Assembly: GCA_938084745.1 (NCBI GenBank)
Contig: CALKEZ010000017.1
Location: 111,458-175,457, forward strand
DNA: 64,000 nt
From: an uncultured Gammaproteobacteria bacterium
Lineage (GTDB): Bacteria > Pseudomonadota > Gammaproteobacteria > Eutrophobiales > Eutrophobiaceae
Reading direction: 5' to 3'
Positions within the stretch are counted from its first letter, which is position 1, and each line of letters begins with the position of its first letter. The translations under genes were made by a program, and so were the position numbers. Below the pieces are notes generated by a model. That model did not search any database. It worked only from the letters and a program-made list of their open reading frames with translations, and was not told the DNA's origin. Shown here one piece after another: positions 1 through 9,248 of the stretch.

Positions 1-598
1 CATTAATGCGAGACCAACCATAGTACTGTGTACTTGCGAGTTCGACGTAATCTGCATTTAACTCAACCGTCATATCAAGAATGTCACGAATTTGGTCAAT
101 ATTTTTTCGATGTATCACAATATTCAAAACCATGGGGTATTCGTATTGTTTTACAATCCGTGCCATTTCCTTTTTATGTTGAAAAGTTTTTGTCCCGCCA
201 AGGAAATTATTTAGTTCTTCATCACTGGCTTGAAAGCTAATCTGAATATGGTCTAGCCCGGCGTCTTTAAAGCGTTTGACGCGAGCTTCATCCATGCCAA
301 CACCTGAGGTGATTAAATTGGTGTAATAGCCTAAGCTTCTTGCCTCCTGAATGAGTTCTTCAAGATCCGGACGAACCAGCGGTTCACCACCTGAAAAACC
401 AAGTTGAGTTGCGCCCATCTTTCGCGCTTGCTGCATAACTCGAACCCAGTCTTCTGTTGAAAGTTCGTTTTGATATTTTGAAATTTCAAGTGGGTTTGAG
501 CAATACGGGCACTGTAGCGGGCAACGATAGGTTAGCTCCGCAAGTAACCACAAGGGTGGGTTCACTTTATTTTCTGTTTCTGATCCAACCTGACTCAT
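1..598 (-). CDS. pqqE: PqqE, PQQ biosynthesis radical SAM protein; N-terminal part only, gene continues past the window start
   Basis: Hand translation of the minus strand from ATG (complement of 596-598): [36 protein letters not shown]..., carrying the CxxxCxxC radical-SAM motif and a GGEPL motif. It lies immediately downstream of pqqD in the canonical pqqABCDE order. Confidence 0.85.
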   Translation of the reverse strand, partial: MSQVGSETENKVNPPLWLLAELTYRCPLQCPYCSNPLEISKYQNELSTEDWVRVMQQARKMGATQLGFSGGEPLVRPDLEELIQEARSLGYYTNLITSGVGMDEARVKRFKDAGLDHIQISFQASDEELNNFLGGTKTFQHKKEMARIVKQYEYPMVLNIVIHRKNIDQIRDILDMTVELNADYVELASTQYYGWSRIN

Positions 599-893
599 AG
601 GCTACCTCCAAAAATTTAATCACGTCACTTTCCAGATTATTTTCAGAGAAAGTAGTTTCAAGATCTTTAATGATTGCTTCGATCGTTGTTTTACCGTCAA
701 CGCGCTTCATTATTTCTCCAGCACTTTGACTCAGTTTCACCATACCTTCAGGGTAAAGTACAACAAAACAATCTTGTACTTCTTCCCACTGAACTCTAAA
801 AGTTGGTGCAATTTCAATAATATCTGTTTTATTGATATCCATAATTATTTGCAGTTGTAAAAGGGTGGTTTTTTCTCGATGTATGCCATCCAC
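567..893 (-). CDS. pqqD: PqqD, PQQ synthesis peptide chaperone; start may be the internal ATG at 842, which would remove the overlap with pqqC
   Basis: A roughly 90-108 aa ORF between pqqC and pqqE with PqqD-like size and sequence (…[31 protein letters not shown]…), in operon context. Confidence 0.8.
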   Translation of the reverse strand: MDGIHREKTTLLQLQIIMDINKTDIIEIAPTFRVQWEEVQDCFVVLYPEGMVKLSQSAGEIMKRVDGKTTIEAIIKDLETTFSENNLESDVIKFLEVAYESGWIRNRK

Positions 894-1570
894 ATACTAT
901 CCAGCATGGTCCACAAAATATCGAGTTTAAATTGCAAGATACCGAGAGCTCGTTCCTGTTCATCTCGAGTTTTATAGTAATCAAGCGTGATATTTAAACC
1001 GTGTTCAACGTCACGACGCGCTTCAGTTAAGCGTTTCCTGAAATAGATATAACCATCCTTATCTATCCATGGGTAAATTTCAGGCCAGTTATCAAGCCGT
1101 TTTTGATGTATTTTGGGGGCGAATAACTCTGTTAATGATGAACTGGCTGCTTCTTGCCAGGTAGCACGACGTGCAAAATTTAAATAAGCATCAATTGCGA
1201 ATTTTACACCAGGCAATACATGTTCGTAAGAGAGTGTTTCTTCACGTGTCAAACCAACAGCTTCTGCCAGTTGCAACCAGGCTTCTATACCACCTTCTTC
1301 ACCTTTGAGGCCGTCATGGTCAATAATTCGCTGTATCCACAGTCTGCGCGTATCACGATCAGGGCAATTCGCCATGATTGCAGCATCCTTAATAGGGATA
1401 GTTGTTTGATAATAAAAACGATTGGCAACCCAACCTTGCACAGCCTCTTTATCCAAACCGCCTTCGTTCATCAGGATATGGAAGTCATGATTGATGTGAT
1501 AATACTTTTCCTTGGCACGGAGTTGTGCCTCAAATTCTTCTCGTGTCCAGGGTGTTCTTTCTTCGGTCAT
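845..1570 (-). CDS. pqqC: PqqC, pyrroloquinoline-quinone synthase
   Basis: A 241 aa protein with PqqC-family sequence (…[37 protein letters not shown]…), sitting between pqqB and pqqD. Confidence 0.9.
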   Translation of the reverse strand: MTEERTPWTREEFEAQLRAKEKYYHINHDFHILMNEGGLDKEAVQGWVANRFYYQTTIPIKDAAIMANCPDRDTRRLWIQRIIDHDGLKGEEGGIEAWLQLAEAVGLTREETLSYEHVLPGVKFAIDAYLNFARRATWQEAASSSLTELFAPKIHQKRLDNWPEIYPWIDKDGYIYFRKRLTEARRDVEHGLNITLDYYKTRDEQERALGILQFKLDILWTMLDSMWMAYIEKKPPFYNCK

Positions 1571-1591
1571 TTAAATGATTCTCCAGATCTT

Positions 1592-2506
1592 TTATATATG
1601 AATATCCATGCCGTCATAAGAAACTTCGATGCCAAGATCGTCAAGCTGCTTTCGTTCGTCTGAATCTTCGTCAAGTATCGGGTTAGTGTTGTTGATGTGG
1701 ATCAATATTTTGCGAGGTTTCTCAAGGCTGCTAAGTGTATCTTTAATGCCACCTTTGCTCGATTGATCCAGGTGCCCCATTTCACTGGCTAATTTATTAC
1801 TAATGCCATGGCGTGACATTTCGTCATTAGTCCAGACGGTGCCATCGACTAACACGACGTCCGCATTTTTCATGTAATCATAGACATGATCTTCAATGAC
1901 ACCCAAGCCAGGCGCGTAAAATAGATTCTTGCCGGTAGAGGTATCTTCGACCTTATAACCAACGTTATCTCCCGGCACAGTGTTATGTCGATGTGGAGAA
2001 TACGGTGGTGCTTCACTTTTGAGTGGGACCGCCGTAAAAATGAGATTGTCAGCTTTGGGTATGGTGAACGGCACCTGTTCTGTGCTTACTTCATGCCAAT
2101 TAACACCTCTGAAATGACCTAATATATTAAATATTGGATAACCCGTGGTCATATCTTCATAGACACTTTCTGTACAATAGACATCCCACGGCTTGTCGTG
2201 TTCACGCAGAATAATCAGGCCGGTTGAATGATCAATCTGGCCGTCGCAGAGAATGATAGAACAAATCCCGGTGTCACGGACTTGTCGAGCGGGCTGAAGT
2301 GGAGGGAAGGATTCAATTTGAGCACGAATATCGGGGGAGGCATTAAATAACACCCAATCTGTACCATTGCCGCTGACTGTGATTGATGATTGGGTTCTGG
2401 CTGAACTCTTTATCGTGCCTTTACGGAGTCTACTACAATTATCACAATTGCAATTCCATTGTGGAAAACCGCCACCTGCACCTGTACCTAATAGATGAAT
2501 ATGCAT
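1592..2506 (-). CDS. pqqB: PqqB, metallo-beta-lactamase-fold PQQ biosynthesis protein
   Basis: A 304 aa protein with MHIHLLGTGAGGGFPQWNCNCDNC at the N-terminus, typical of PqqB, downstream of pqqA. Confidence 0.9.
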   Translation of the reverse strand: MHIHLLGTGAGGGFPQWNCNCDNCSRLRKGTIKSSARTQSSITVSGNGTDWVLFNASPDIRAQIESFPPLQPARQVRDTGICSIILCDGQIDHSTGLIILREHDKPWDVYCTESVYEDMTTGYPIFNILGHFRGVNWHEVSTEQVPFTIPKADNLIFTAVPLKSEAPPYSPHRHNTVPGDNVGYKVEDTSTGKNLFYAPGLGVIEDHVYDYMKNADVVLVDGTVWTNDEMSRHGISNKLASEMGHLDQSSKGGIKDTLSSLEKPRKILIHINNTNPILDEDSDERKQLDDLGIEVSYDGMDIHI

Positions 2507-2587
2507 AATCTTTAATTTCTAATTCGTAGTTATTTTGATTCGAGATAATAGACGACTTAGACCTGCAGATCGAATGCTCGACATTCT

Positions 2588-2617
2588 CTGAGGTTAACCG
2601 GGCACATTGAAGCGCTA
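2588..2617 (-). promoter_or_regulatory. Stem-loop in the pqqA-pqqB intergenic region: 7-bp GC-rich stem ccgggca/tgcccgg with a 16-nt loop, not followed by a T-run
   Basis: Perfect inverted repeat read directly from the sequence. A second small hairpin, gaatg-ctcga-cattc, sits at about 2553-2567. The position matches the pqqA/pqqB attenuator or processing hairpins reported in other PQQ operons. Confidence 0.4.
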
Positions 2618-2668
2618 ATATGCCCGGCTAGAGAGGTGTAACCAGTCTTGTCTAATTAAATCTGAAGA

Positions 2669-2743
2669 TTATTTATTGTTGATATACATCGTTACTTCAA
2701 AGCCGTAACGGATATCACTGTACTCAGGTGTTGACCATTTCAT
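2669..2743 (-). CDS. pqqA: PqqA precursor peptide, 24 aa; not in the supplied ORF track
   Basis: Hand translation of the minus strand gives MKWSTPEYSDIRYGFEVTMYINNK, with the conserved E-x-x-x-Y cross-link residues. ATG is the complement of 2741-2743 and TAA the complement of 2669-2671, about 160 bp upstream of pqqB. Confidence 0.85.
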   Translation of the reverse strand: MKWSTPEYSDIRYGFEVTMYINNK

Positions 2744-2871
2744 TGTAATTCTCCTATGAGGTTCTGTAATTGTTGTTAACTCCTGCCCGAGCGATATTCG
2801 TGCCATTAAAATAAATACAAAAAATAAATTTTAAATAACCAATAAAAACATATGGATACAAACAATATCTT

Positions 2872-2897
2872 ATGCAATATATAGATATATATTGCAT
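2872..2897. promoter_or_regulatory. Perfect 26-bp palindrome ATGCAATATATA-GA-TATATATTGCAT in the divergent promoter between pqqA and the C1-cofactor cluster; candidate operator
   Basis: 12-bp arms at 2872-2883 and 2886-2897 are exact reverse complements, separated by a 2-bp spacer. It lies about 130 bp upstream of pqqA and about 117 bp upstream of the ORF starting at 3014, in an AT-rich region. Confidence 0.5.
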
Positions 2898-3013
2898 TTA
2901 AATTATTCCAATCTGGATGTAATCATTCGACTGATATGGTTCATTTAAACCACATAATTTAAATAAAAATAGTACTCTATTATTACTCTCGCTCTGCTTA
3001 TAATGCAGCGGCA

Positions 3014-4492
3014 ATGCAAGCAACAATCAAAGAACACATTCTTTTTCTGACAGGTAAGCTGGCCCAACAGCGCTTAGAAAATATCTTAAGAGAAATGGCA
3101 CCAACCGAATTCACTTATGAGATTCGAAATATTGGTGTCAGTGTCGCAGCCCTGATGACAGCGCAAATGATCAATCGTCGACTCTCCGATCTCGATGGCG
3201 TGGACAAAATTATCGTTCCTGGCCTTTGTCGTGGTGACTTATCCGTCTCGTCTTCAAAGCTAGGCGTTGAATGTATCAGGGGCACTATCGACATAAAGGA
3301 TCTTCCTGGTTTTTTTGGCAGGGATTGTAAACCCCCGGATCTTAGCCAATACGATGTAGATATTTTTGCTGAGATAGTTGATGCGCCGATGGTCGGTATA
3401 GACAACATACTGGAACGTGCAGAAAAATATGCACGGGATGGTGCTAATGTCATTGATATTGGATGTCTACCAGACACTCCATTTCCCCATCTTGAAGAAA
3501 CAGTACATGCGCTGCATGATGCAGGCTTTAAAGTCAGTGTTGATTCTCTTGAAGAAGATGATTTATTGCGTGGTGGTCGGGCTGGCGCGGATTATCTACT
3601 CAGTTTAAAAGAAAGCTCCTTATGGATTGCCGACGAAGTAGATTCGATTCCAGTCCTGATTCCCGAGACACATGGTGATATGCCGTCACTTTATCGTGCT
3701 ATTGAACAGTTTGCGAAGAAAAATCGCCCTTTCTTTGCAGATGCAATACTTGACCCGATTCATTTTGGTTTTACAGAATCGATAATTCGTTACCATGAGC
3801 TACGTCAGAATTGTCCTGATATTAAAGTTATGATGGGTATCGGTAATCTGACAGAGCTCACAGAAGCAGATACGACCGGTATTAATGCAATTTTATTTGG
3901 TTTGATTTCTGAAATGCACCTGAATGCGGTTCTGGCAACAGAAGTAAGTCCACATTGCTCTTCTGCTGTCCGTGAAGCGGATAAAGCACGTCGAATGATG
4001 TATGCAGCGAGGAGGGATAGCAGTTTGCCAAAAGGACTCGACAGTTCATTATTAGGTATGCATGCACGAAAACCATTTCCTTATGACATCGATGAAATTA
4101 AGGAAATATATCAACAGGTTAAAGACCCCAGTTATAGAATCCAGGTGAGTAAAGAGGGTATACACGTATATAATCGTCATGGTTTCAACACGGAAACTAA
4201 TCCATTCGAAATGTTTCCCAAGCTGAGTTTGCTGCAGGAGGATGCTCCACATGCATTCTATATGGGCGTTGAATTGTCGAAGGCTCAAATAGCCTGGCAA
4301 TTAGGTAAGCACTACATGCAAGATGAAGAACTGGATTGGGGCGCGTGTGTTGATACAAAAACTGAAGAGCAAAGAGACCAAGACTCTCGCGCAGCACACA
4401 CTATGAAAGAACTCAGAAAAGAAACTTCCGACTACAAGCAGGAAGGCACTACTTTAAAAGCAAGTCGTACAAAAAAGAAAATAAACAAATGA
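3014..4492 (+). CDS. Dihydropteroate-synthase-like pterin-binding protein of tetrahydromethanopterin-type cofactor biosynthesis (orf4/MptH-like)
   Basis: A 492 aa protein whose C-terminal half has a DHPS-like pterin-binding motif (…ADAILDPIHFGFTES…). It is followed by DUF447, MfnB-like and PCD-like genes, as in methylotroph H4MPT clusters. Confidence 0.65.
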   Translation: MQATIKEHILFLTGKLAQQRLENILREMAPTEFTYEIRNIGVSVAALMTAQMINRRLSDLDGVDKIIVPGLCRGDLSVSSSKLGVECIRGTIDIKDLPGFFGRDCKPPDLSQYDVDIFAEIVDAPMVGIDNILERAEKYARDGANVIDIGCLPDTPFPHLEETVHALHDAGFKVSVDSLEEDDLLRGGRAGADYLLSLKESSLWIADEVDSIPVLIPETHGDMPSLYRAIEQFAKKNRPFFADAILDPIHFGFTESIIRYHELRQNCPDIKVMMGIGNLTELTEADTTGINAILFGLISEMHLNAVLATEVSPHCSSAVREADKARRMMYAARRDSSLPKGLDSSLLGMHARKPFPYDIDEIKEIYQQVKDPSYRIQVSKEGIHVYNRHGFNTETNPFEMFPKLSLLQEDAPHAFYMGVELSKAQIAWQLGKHYMQDEELDWGACVDTKTEEQRDQDSRAAHTMKELRKETSDYKQEGTTLKASRTKKKINK

Positions 4493-5064
4493 TTCAGGAA
4501 ATTATTGTTACAACAAGCAACGAAGATGGCTCAACTCATATTGCCCCCATGGGCATACGTGAGCAAGACGGTCAGATTGTTATCGCACCATTCAAGCCTT
4601 CTGCTACGCTGGAGAATATCCAACGTAATAACACAGTAGTAATTAATCGTATTGATGACGTCAGGATTTTTGCAGGCTGTTTAACCGGTCGCAAAGATTG
4701 GCCATTAACACCAACAGAAAAAATCAGGGGCCATCGGCTGGAAGCCGCTTTAAGTCATGCTGAGCTTGAGTTGGATTCATTTGAAGATGATGATATACGA
4801 CCTTCTTTTTATTGTAATCTCATTCATGAGTCTACTCATAGCCCTTTTAAAGGGTTTAATCGGGCACAGTCTGCTGTATTAGAAGCGGCAATACTCGTCA
4901 GTCGTTTGCATATGTTAAGTATGGACAAAATTGATCAGGAACTGGAATATCTAACCATCGCTATCGATAAGACAGCCGGTGATAACGAAAAAATAGCATG
5001 GGGGTGGCTCATGGAAAAAATCGAATCATTCAGACAAGAATCCTTTAAGGATGTCCCGCAATGA
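4489..5064 (+). CDS. DUF447 family protein (orfY-like, H4MPT-linked C1 metabolism)
   Basis: A 191 aa protein (MIQEIIVTTSNEDGSTHIAPMGI…) of DUF447 type; its start overlaps the upstream stop by 4 nt (ATGA). Confidence 0.6.
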   Translation: MIQEIIVTTSNEDGSTHIAPMGIREQDGQIVIAPFKPSATLENIQRNNTVVINRIDDVRIFAGCLTGRKDWPLTPTEKIRGHRLEAALSHAELELDSFEDDDIRPSFYCNLIHESTHSPFKGFNRAQSAVLEAAILVSRLHMLSMDKIDQELEYLTIAIDKTAGDNEKIAWGWLMEKIESFRQESFKDVPQ

Positions 5065-5804
5065 CCGGCATGTTAGCCAGTGTTATGTCTATAGCAGAGG
5101 CAGAACTTGTTTTGAATCAGGGTGTCGACATCATCGACCTGAAAAATCCTCATGAAGGCGCATTAGGTGCGCTTGATGTTGGTATTGTTTCCGAGATAGT
5201 TACTTTTGTTGGTGATGCTATTCTGACTAGCGCAACCATAGGTGATGTTGAGCCAAATGATTTATCTCTGCATAAGCACATAGTCAATATGGCGAACACT
5301 GGCGTGCATTTTGTCAAAGTGGGTTTATTTGATAGCCGTGTTACGCAACAATTTATTCAAGCTATCAACAGTGCTGCTAACCAGGGTGTTAATATAATTG
5401 TTGTTCTTTTTGCAGAAAATATTCCCGGCATGAACGAACTAGATGGGTTAATGAACAGCGATATCAAAGGTCTAATGTTTGATACTAAGAATAAATCTGA
5501 TAAAAGCTTATGTTCTTTACTCAATTTGGATGTATTAGAAGATTTTATACAAAGAGCCAAGACTCATCGTTTATTAACGGGGTTAGCCGGTTCTCTTCGG
5601 CTTGATGACATTGATAGCTTATTGAGACTGGGTCCTGATTATCTGGGCTTTAGAGGCGCTCTCTGTAACAGGCATGATCGAGTACAAGCAATAGATCTGA
5701 ACCAGGTAAAAAAAATAAGAAATGCAATCCCACAAGAGAAAATTATCGGCTATGCTGATAAAGCATATAATAAGGAGATATTAAGTAATGGCACAGTGGC
5801 GTAA
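5061..5804 (+). CDS. MfnB-like aldolase, (5-formylfuran-3-yl)methyl phosphate synthase family (DUF556); methanofuran/H4MPT cofactor biosynthesis
   Basis: The N-terminal LASVMSIAEAELVLNQGVDIIDLKNPHEGALGA aligns with archaeal MfnB [33 protein letters not shown]. Its start overlaps the upstream stop. Confidence 0.7.
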   Translation: MTGMLASVMSIAEAELVLNQGVDIIDLKNPHEGALGALDVGIVSEIVTFVGDAILTSATIGDVEPNDLSLHKHIVNMANTGVHFVKVGLFDSRVTQQFIQAINSAANQGVNIIVVLFAENIPGMNELDGLMNSDIKGLMFDTKNKSDKSLCSLLNLDVLEDFIQRAKTHRLLTGLAGSLRLDDIDSLLRLGPDYLGFRGALCNRHDRVQAIDLNQVKKIRNAIPQEKIIGYADKAYNKEILSNGTVA

Positions 5805-6177
5805 AAAAGTAAAAGATGAGACATACTCAGAAGAAGAAATAGAGGCGCGTCTAAAAGAAGAACTTCCACTGTGGTATTACGAAGGTGGTTGGATACGCCG
5901 TAAGTACAAAACGAGCGGTTGGAAAGCTACGCTAATGGTCATCAATACGGTTGGGCATTTAGCAGAGGCTGCCTGGCACCACCCGGATTTAACCGCATCG
6001 TATGCTTTCGTCACGGTGAAGTTAATGAACCATGCCGCCAAAGGCATAACGGATAAAGATTTTGAATTAGCGCTGAAAATTGAAGAGGTTATTCAGTGGC
6101 AACCAGCAGCAGAAGAGGAGAGTGCATTGGAAGGCACCCCGGATGACGCGCGATTTAAATATATTAAATATGACTGA
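5788..6177 (+). CDS. Pterin-4a-carbinolamine dehydratase-like protein (PCD/DCoH family)
   Basis: A 129 aa protein carrying an AAWHHPDLTASYAFVTVKLMNHAAKGIT motif that matches the PCD signature (E-x3-HHP-…-T-H). Confidence 0.6.
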   Translation: MAQWRKKVKDETYSEEEIEARLKEELPLWYYEGGWIRRKYKTSGWKATLMVINTVGHLAEAAWHHPDLTASYAFVTVKLMNHAAKGITDKDFELALKIEEVIQWQPAAEEESALEGTPDDARFKYIKYD

Positions 6178-6229
6178 TGCCCTTCTCAGGACATCAGTCA
6201 TAGCATTCAAAGCCGTTTAATTGTAATTA

Positions 6230-6520
6230 TTAAGCGGCTACTTCGCCTCTTTCAAACTTGTAATCTTTAATGATGCCAACATTGTTAACGGTAAACGTAC
6301 AATTACTGTTAAAGCTGATCGCAGATTTTGTAAATCTAATCGACCTGTGACCACTCTCAAGATTTAATTCCTTTTCGGGTATACCGAAATGCTGAACCGC
6401 GCGTTCAATATTCCTGCCAACGAAGTGGTCCAATATTTTGATGAATTGAACTTCAGTAGTAGGGTATTTAAGTATACCGTGACTTCTGTTGGTGCTTGAA
6501 TCAGTTTTATATGTGCCCAT
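6230..6520 (-). CDS. Hypothetical protein, 96 aa
   Basis: An ORF with no recognisable motif, between moaC and the cofactor cluster. Confidence 0.35.
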   Translation of the reverse strand: MGTYKTDSSTNRSHGILKYPTTEVQFIKILDHFVGRNIERAVQHFGIPEKELNLESGHRSIRFTKSAISFNSNCTFTVNNVGIIKDYKFERGEVAA

Positions 6521-6714
6521 TTTTAAAATACTCCAACCTTGTTGACTAATACATACTACGCTAGACGATTATTCACTAGCCTATAAATTGGCGTAGTATA
6601 CTTAAGTAATTGATTATTGTCCTGATATTTCAGTGACGCCATTAAAAATTATGTTGTCTACATTTTAACCATCCATGCTCAGGCTGCCAAGTTTTAACAA
6701 TAACCAGGTGGCGC

Positions 6715-7188
6715 CTACCTTTTCCAATGCCCTGATTTACCGCCAGATTTTTCCAGTAACTGGATTCCGGACATAACCATGCCGCGATCCACTGCTTTAC
6801 ACATATCGTATATGGTCAGTAGCGTTATTTGCACAGCGGTTAATGCTTCCATCTCGACGCCTGTTTTTCCGTCTGTTTCGGCTCGACATTCGCAATAAAT
6901 CAAAGACTTTGTTTCATCAATGTTCAGGTCAATGTTGATATGCGTTAGTGCAAGAGGATGACAGAGAGGGATTAGTTCAGAGGTTTTTTTGGCCCCCATG
7001 ATACCGGCAGTTCTGGCTATACCGAGAACATCTCCTTTCTTGTGACCGCCGTCTTTAATTAAATCCAGAGTGTCTTCTTGCATAGAAATCGAGCCACAGG
7101 CAATAGCGATGCGATGACTAATCGATTTATCACCGATATTAACCATGTGTGCAGCACCTTGCTCGTTAAAATGGGTTAATTTAGACAT
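6715..7188 (-). CDS. moaC: Cyclic pyranopterin monophosphate synthase MoaC
   Basis: A 157 aa protein with a typical MoaC sequence (…[18 protein letters not shown]…[11 protein letters not shown]…). Confidence 0.9.
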   Translation of the reverse strand: MSKLTHFNEQGAAHMVNIGDKSISHRIAIACGSISMQEDTLDLIKDGGHKKGDVLGIARTAGIMGAKKTSELIPLCHPLALTHINIDLNIDETKSLIYCECRAETDGKTGVEMEALTAVQITLLTIYDMCKAVDRGMVMSGIQLLEKSGGKSGHWKR

Positions 7189-7263
7189 GCCATAACTATC
7201 TCTTTGTTATAATGTTGTAATACTACCCAAATACGAGTTTTAGATAAATAACAGGTTAAACAA

Positions 7264-7500
7264 ATGAAGGTATCCGTTAAATATTTTGCCAGTCTACGTG
7301 AATTAATCGGTGAAGCGAGTGCAACGGTTGAGATCGAGGAAAACACGACTGTTGATGCGTTGTGGTTATCGATTAGTGAACGCAAAAATGTCGAATTTGA
7401 TAATGTGATGATGACGGTCAATATGGAATATGTGAAACCCGGCTGTCGACTCACTGCTGGCGATGAAGTCGCTTTTTTTCCACCGGTTACCGGGGGTTAG
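7264..7500 (+). CDS. moaD: Molybdopterin synthase sulfur-carrier subunit MoaD
   Basis: A 78 aa protein ending in GG, upstream of moaE. Confidence 0.85.
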   Translation: MKVSVKYFASLRELIGEASATVEIEENTTVDALWLSISERKNVEFDNVMMTVNMEYVKPGCRLTAGDEVAFFPPVTGG

Positions 7501-7503
7501 ATT

Positions 7504-7938
7504 ATGTTGGTTGATATTCGTAAAGAATCGTTTAATGCCTATCAGGAGATCCTGTCTTATCAGGCAAGCCAGGATTTTAGCGGGAAGTGTGGTGCGACAG
7601 CCAGTTTTGTCGGCTCGATGCGCGATTTTAATGATGATCGAAAAGTTACCAGTATGACGCTGGAGTACTATCCGGGCATGACTGAAAAACATCTCAACGC
7701 GATTGCCAGAGAAGCAATAGAAAAATGGAATTTACTTGATGTATTAATACTTCATCGAATTGGCAAGATAAAAATTGGTGAAGATATTGTACTCGTCGCG
7801 AGTTGGTCTGCGCATAGAAAAGAAGCTTTTGAAAGCTGTCGAACGATGATGGAACAATTAAAATCGAGCGCTCCATTCTGGAAGAAAGAGAACACAACTG
7901 CCGGCAGTAAGTGGGTAGAAAAAAACACATCAGGTTAA
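7504..7938 (+). CDS. moaE: Molybdopterin synthase catalytic subunit MoaE
   Basis: A 144 aa MoaE-like protein, 3 nt after moaD. Confidence 0.85.
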   Translation: MLVDIRKESFNAYQEILSYQASQDFSGKCGATASFVGSMRDFNDDRKVTSMTLEYYPGMTEKHLNAIAREAIEKWNLLDVLILHRIGKIKIGEDIVLVASWSAHRKEAFESCRTMMEQLKSSAPFWKKENTTAGSKWVEKNTSG

Positions 7939-7947
7939 TAAAAGCAT

Positions 7948-9156
7948 ATGACAAAGAAAAATCCTGATTTTTTAATTATCGGGGCCGGTATCGTTGGTCT
8001 TACTCTGGCGCTGGAATTGAAGAAACAGTTTTCAGACGCAACTATCACCATTATTGAAAAAGAAAGTCAGCCGGGGGTCCATGCCAGTGGCCGTAACAGC
8101 GGTGTCTTACATGCCGGGTTTTATTACACGGCCGATTCTTTAAAAGCCAAGCTGTGTCGTGAAGGCAACTTTGCCTGGCGACAATATTGCGAAGACTATA
8201 AGCTCACGCTGAATCATTGCGGGAAACTGGTCGTCGCTCGCAATGAAGAAGAGCTCAATGGCTTAGCTGAATTAGAACGACGAGGTAAAGTTAATAATGT
8301 TGAACTGGAAATGATCTCTGCAAAGGAAGCGGCTGAGATTGAACCATTAGCGTATACACTGGAACGTGCGCTTTGGTCGCCAACAACTGCGACGGTTAAC
8401 CCGAAACAGGTGGTTGAATCCATACAAACCCGACTTCTTGATGAAGGCGTATCCATTCTTAATGATACCGCCTACATTAAAAAATCTGCTAATGGTATCA
8501 GCACCAGCAAAGGTGATTTTACTCCGGGTTATTTAATTAATGCGGCGGGTTTGTATGCCGATAAAATCGCACAGGATTATGGTTTTTCCGAAGACTATAA
8601 AATCCTGCCTTTTAAGGGCTTGTATCTTTATGCGAACGATGACGGCTTGAAGTTAAGAACCAATGTCTATCCTGTGCCAGATCTGCGTAATCCTTTTCTT
8701 GGCGTGCACTTTACCGTTACCGCAGAAAATAAAACGAAGATAGGTCCAACGGCTATTCCTGCTTTCTGGCGTGAAAACTATACGGGCTGGAAAAATTTCA
8801 ATCTGGAAGAGTTAATAGACATTGTTGGTATTGATGCCGGTTTGTTTTTGAGCAATAACTTTGGATTTAGAAACCTGGCTTTTAAAGAGATGCAGAAATA
8901 TTCAAAAAAGAAACTCGTGCAATTGGCTGGCACGTTATTGAAAAACATTGATTTTAATGACTTTAAGCAGTGGGGTGCACCCGGTATACGTGCGCAACTG
9001 ATTAACGTTAAAACCAGACAGCTGGAAATGGACTTTAAATACGAAGGTGATGGTAAATCGTTCCATGTATTAAATGCAGTTTCACCGGCTTTTACTTGCT
9101 CATTACCTTTAAGCCGCTTAATTGTAGAGGAGATAATAAAGCTCAAAAACAACTAA
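7948..9156 (+). CDS. lhgO: FAD-dependent oxidoreductase, L-2-hydroxyglutarate oxidase (LhgO/YgaF)-like
   Basis: A GxGxxG FAD motif (IIGAGIVGLT) at the N-terminus and …ESQPGVHASGRNSGVLHAGFYY…, closely similar to the E. coli LhgO N-terminus. It starts 10 bp after moaE. Confidence 0.7.
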   Translation: MTKKNPDFLIIGAGIVGLTLALELKKQFSDATITIIEKESQPGVHASGRNSGVLHAGFYYTADSLKAKLCREGNFAWRQYCEDYKLTLNHCGKLVVARNEEELNGLAELERRGKVNNVELEMISAKEAAEIEPLAYTLERALWSPTTATVNPKQVVESIQTRLLDEGVSILNDTAYIKKSANGISTSKGDFTPGYLINAAGLYADKIAQDYGFSEDYKILPFKGLYLYANDDGLKLRTNVYPVPDLRNPFLGVHFTVTAENKTKIGPTAIPAFWRENYTGWKNFNLEELIDIVGIDAGLFLSNNFGFRNLAFKEMQKYSKKKLVQLAGTLLKNIDFNDFKQWGAPGIRAQLINVKTRQLEMDFKYEGDGKSFHVLNAVSPAFTCSLPLSRLIVEEIIKLKNN

Positions 9157-9248
9157 ATATGGAGCTAAAAGTTATAAATGTGAATTGTTTACCAGTTTGT
9201 AATATCAATCTCTGCTAATTTAAGCTCTTTAATTAAAATGAATAACAT

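Noticed and set aside
28-240. 70 aa plus-strand ORF at the window start
   Set aside because: It is entirely contained within the well-supported minus-strand pqqE coding sequence.
3115-3477. 120 aa antisense ORF within the DHPS-like gene, and similar antisense ORFs at 3417-3608 and 3882-4397
   Set aside because: They are embedded in a homolog-supported coding region on the opposite strand, with no Shine-Dalgarno sequence and no motifs.
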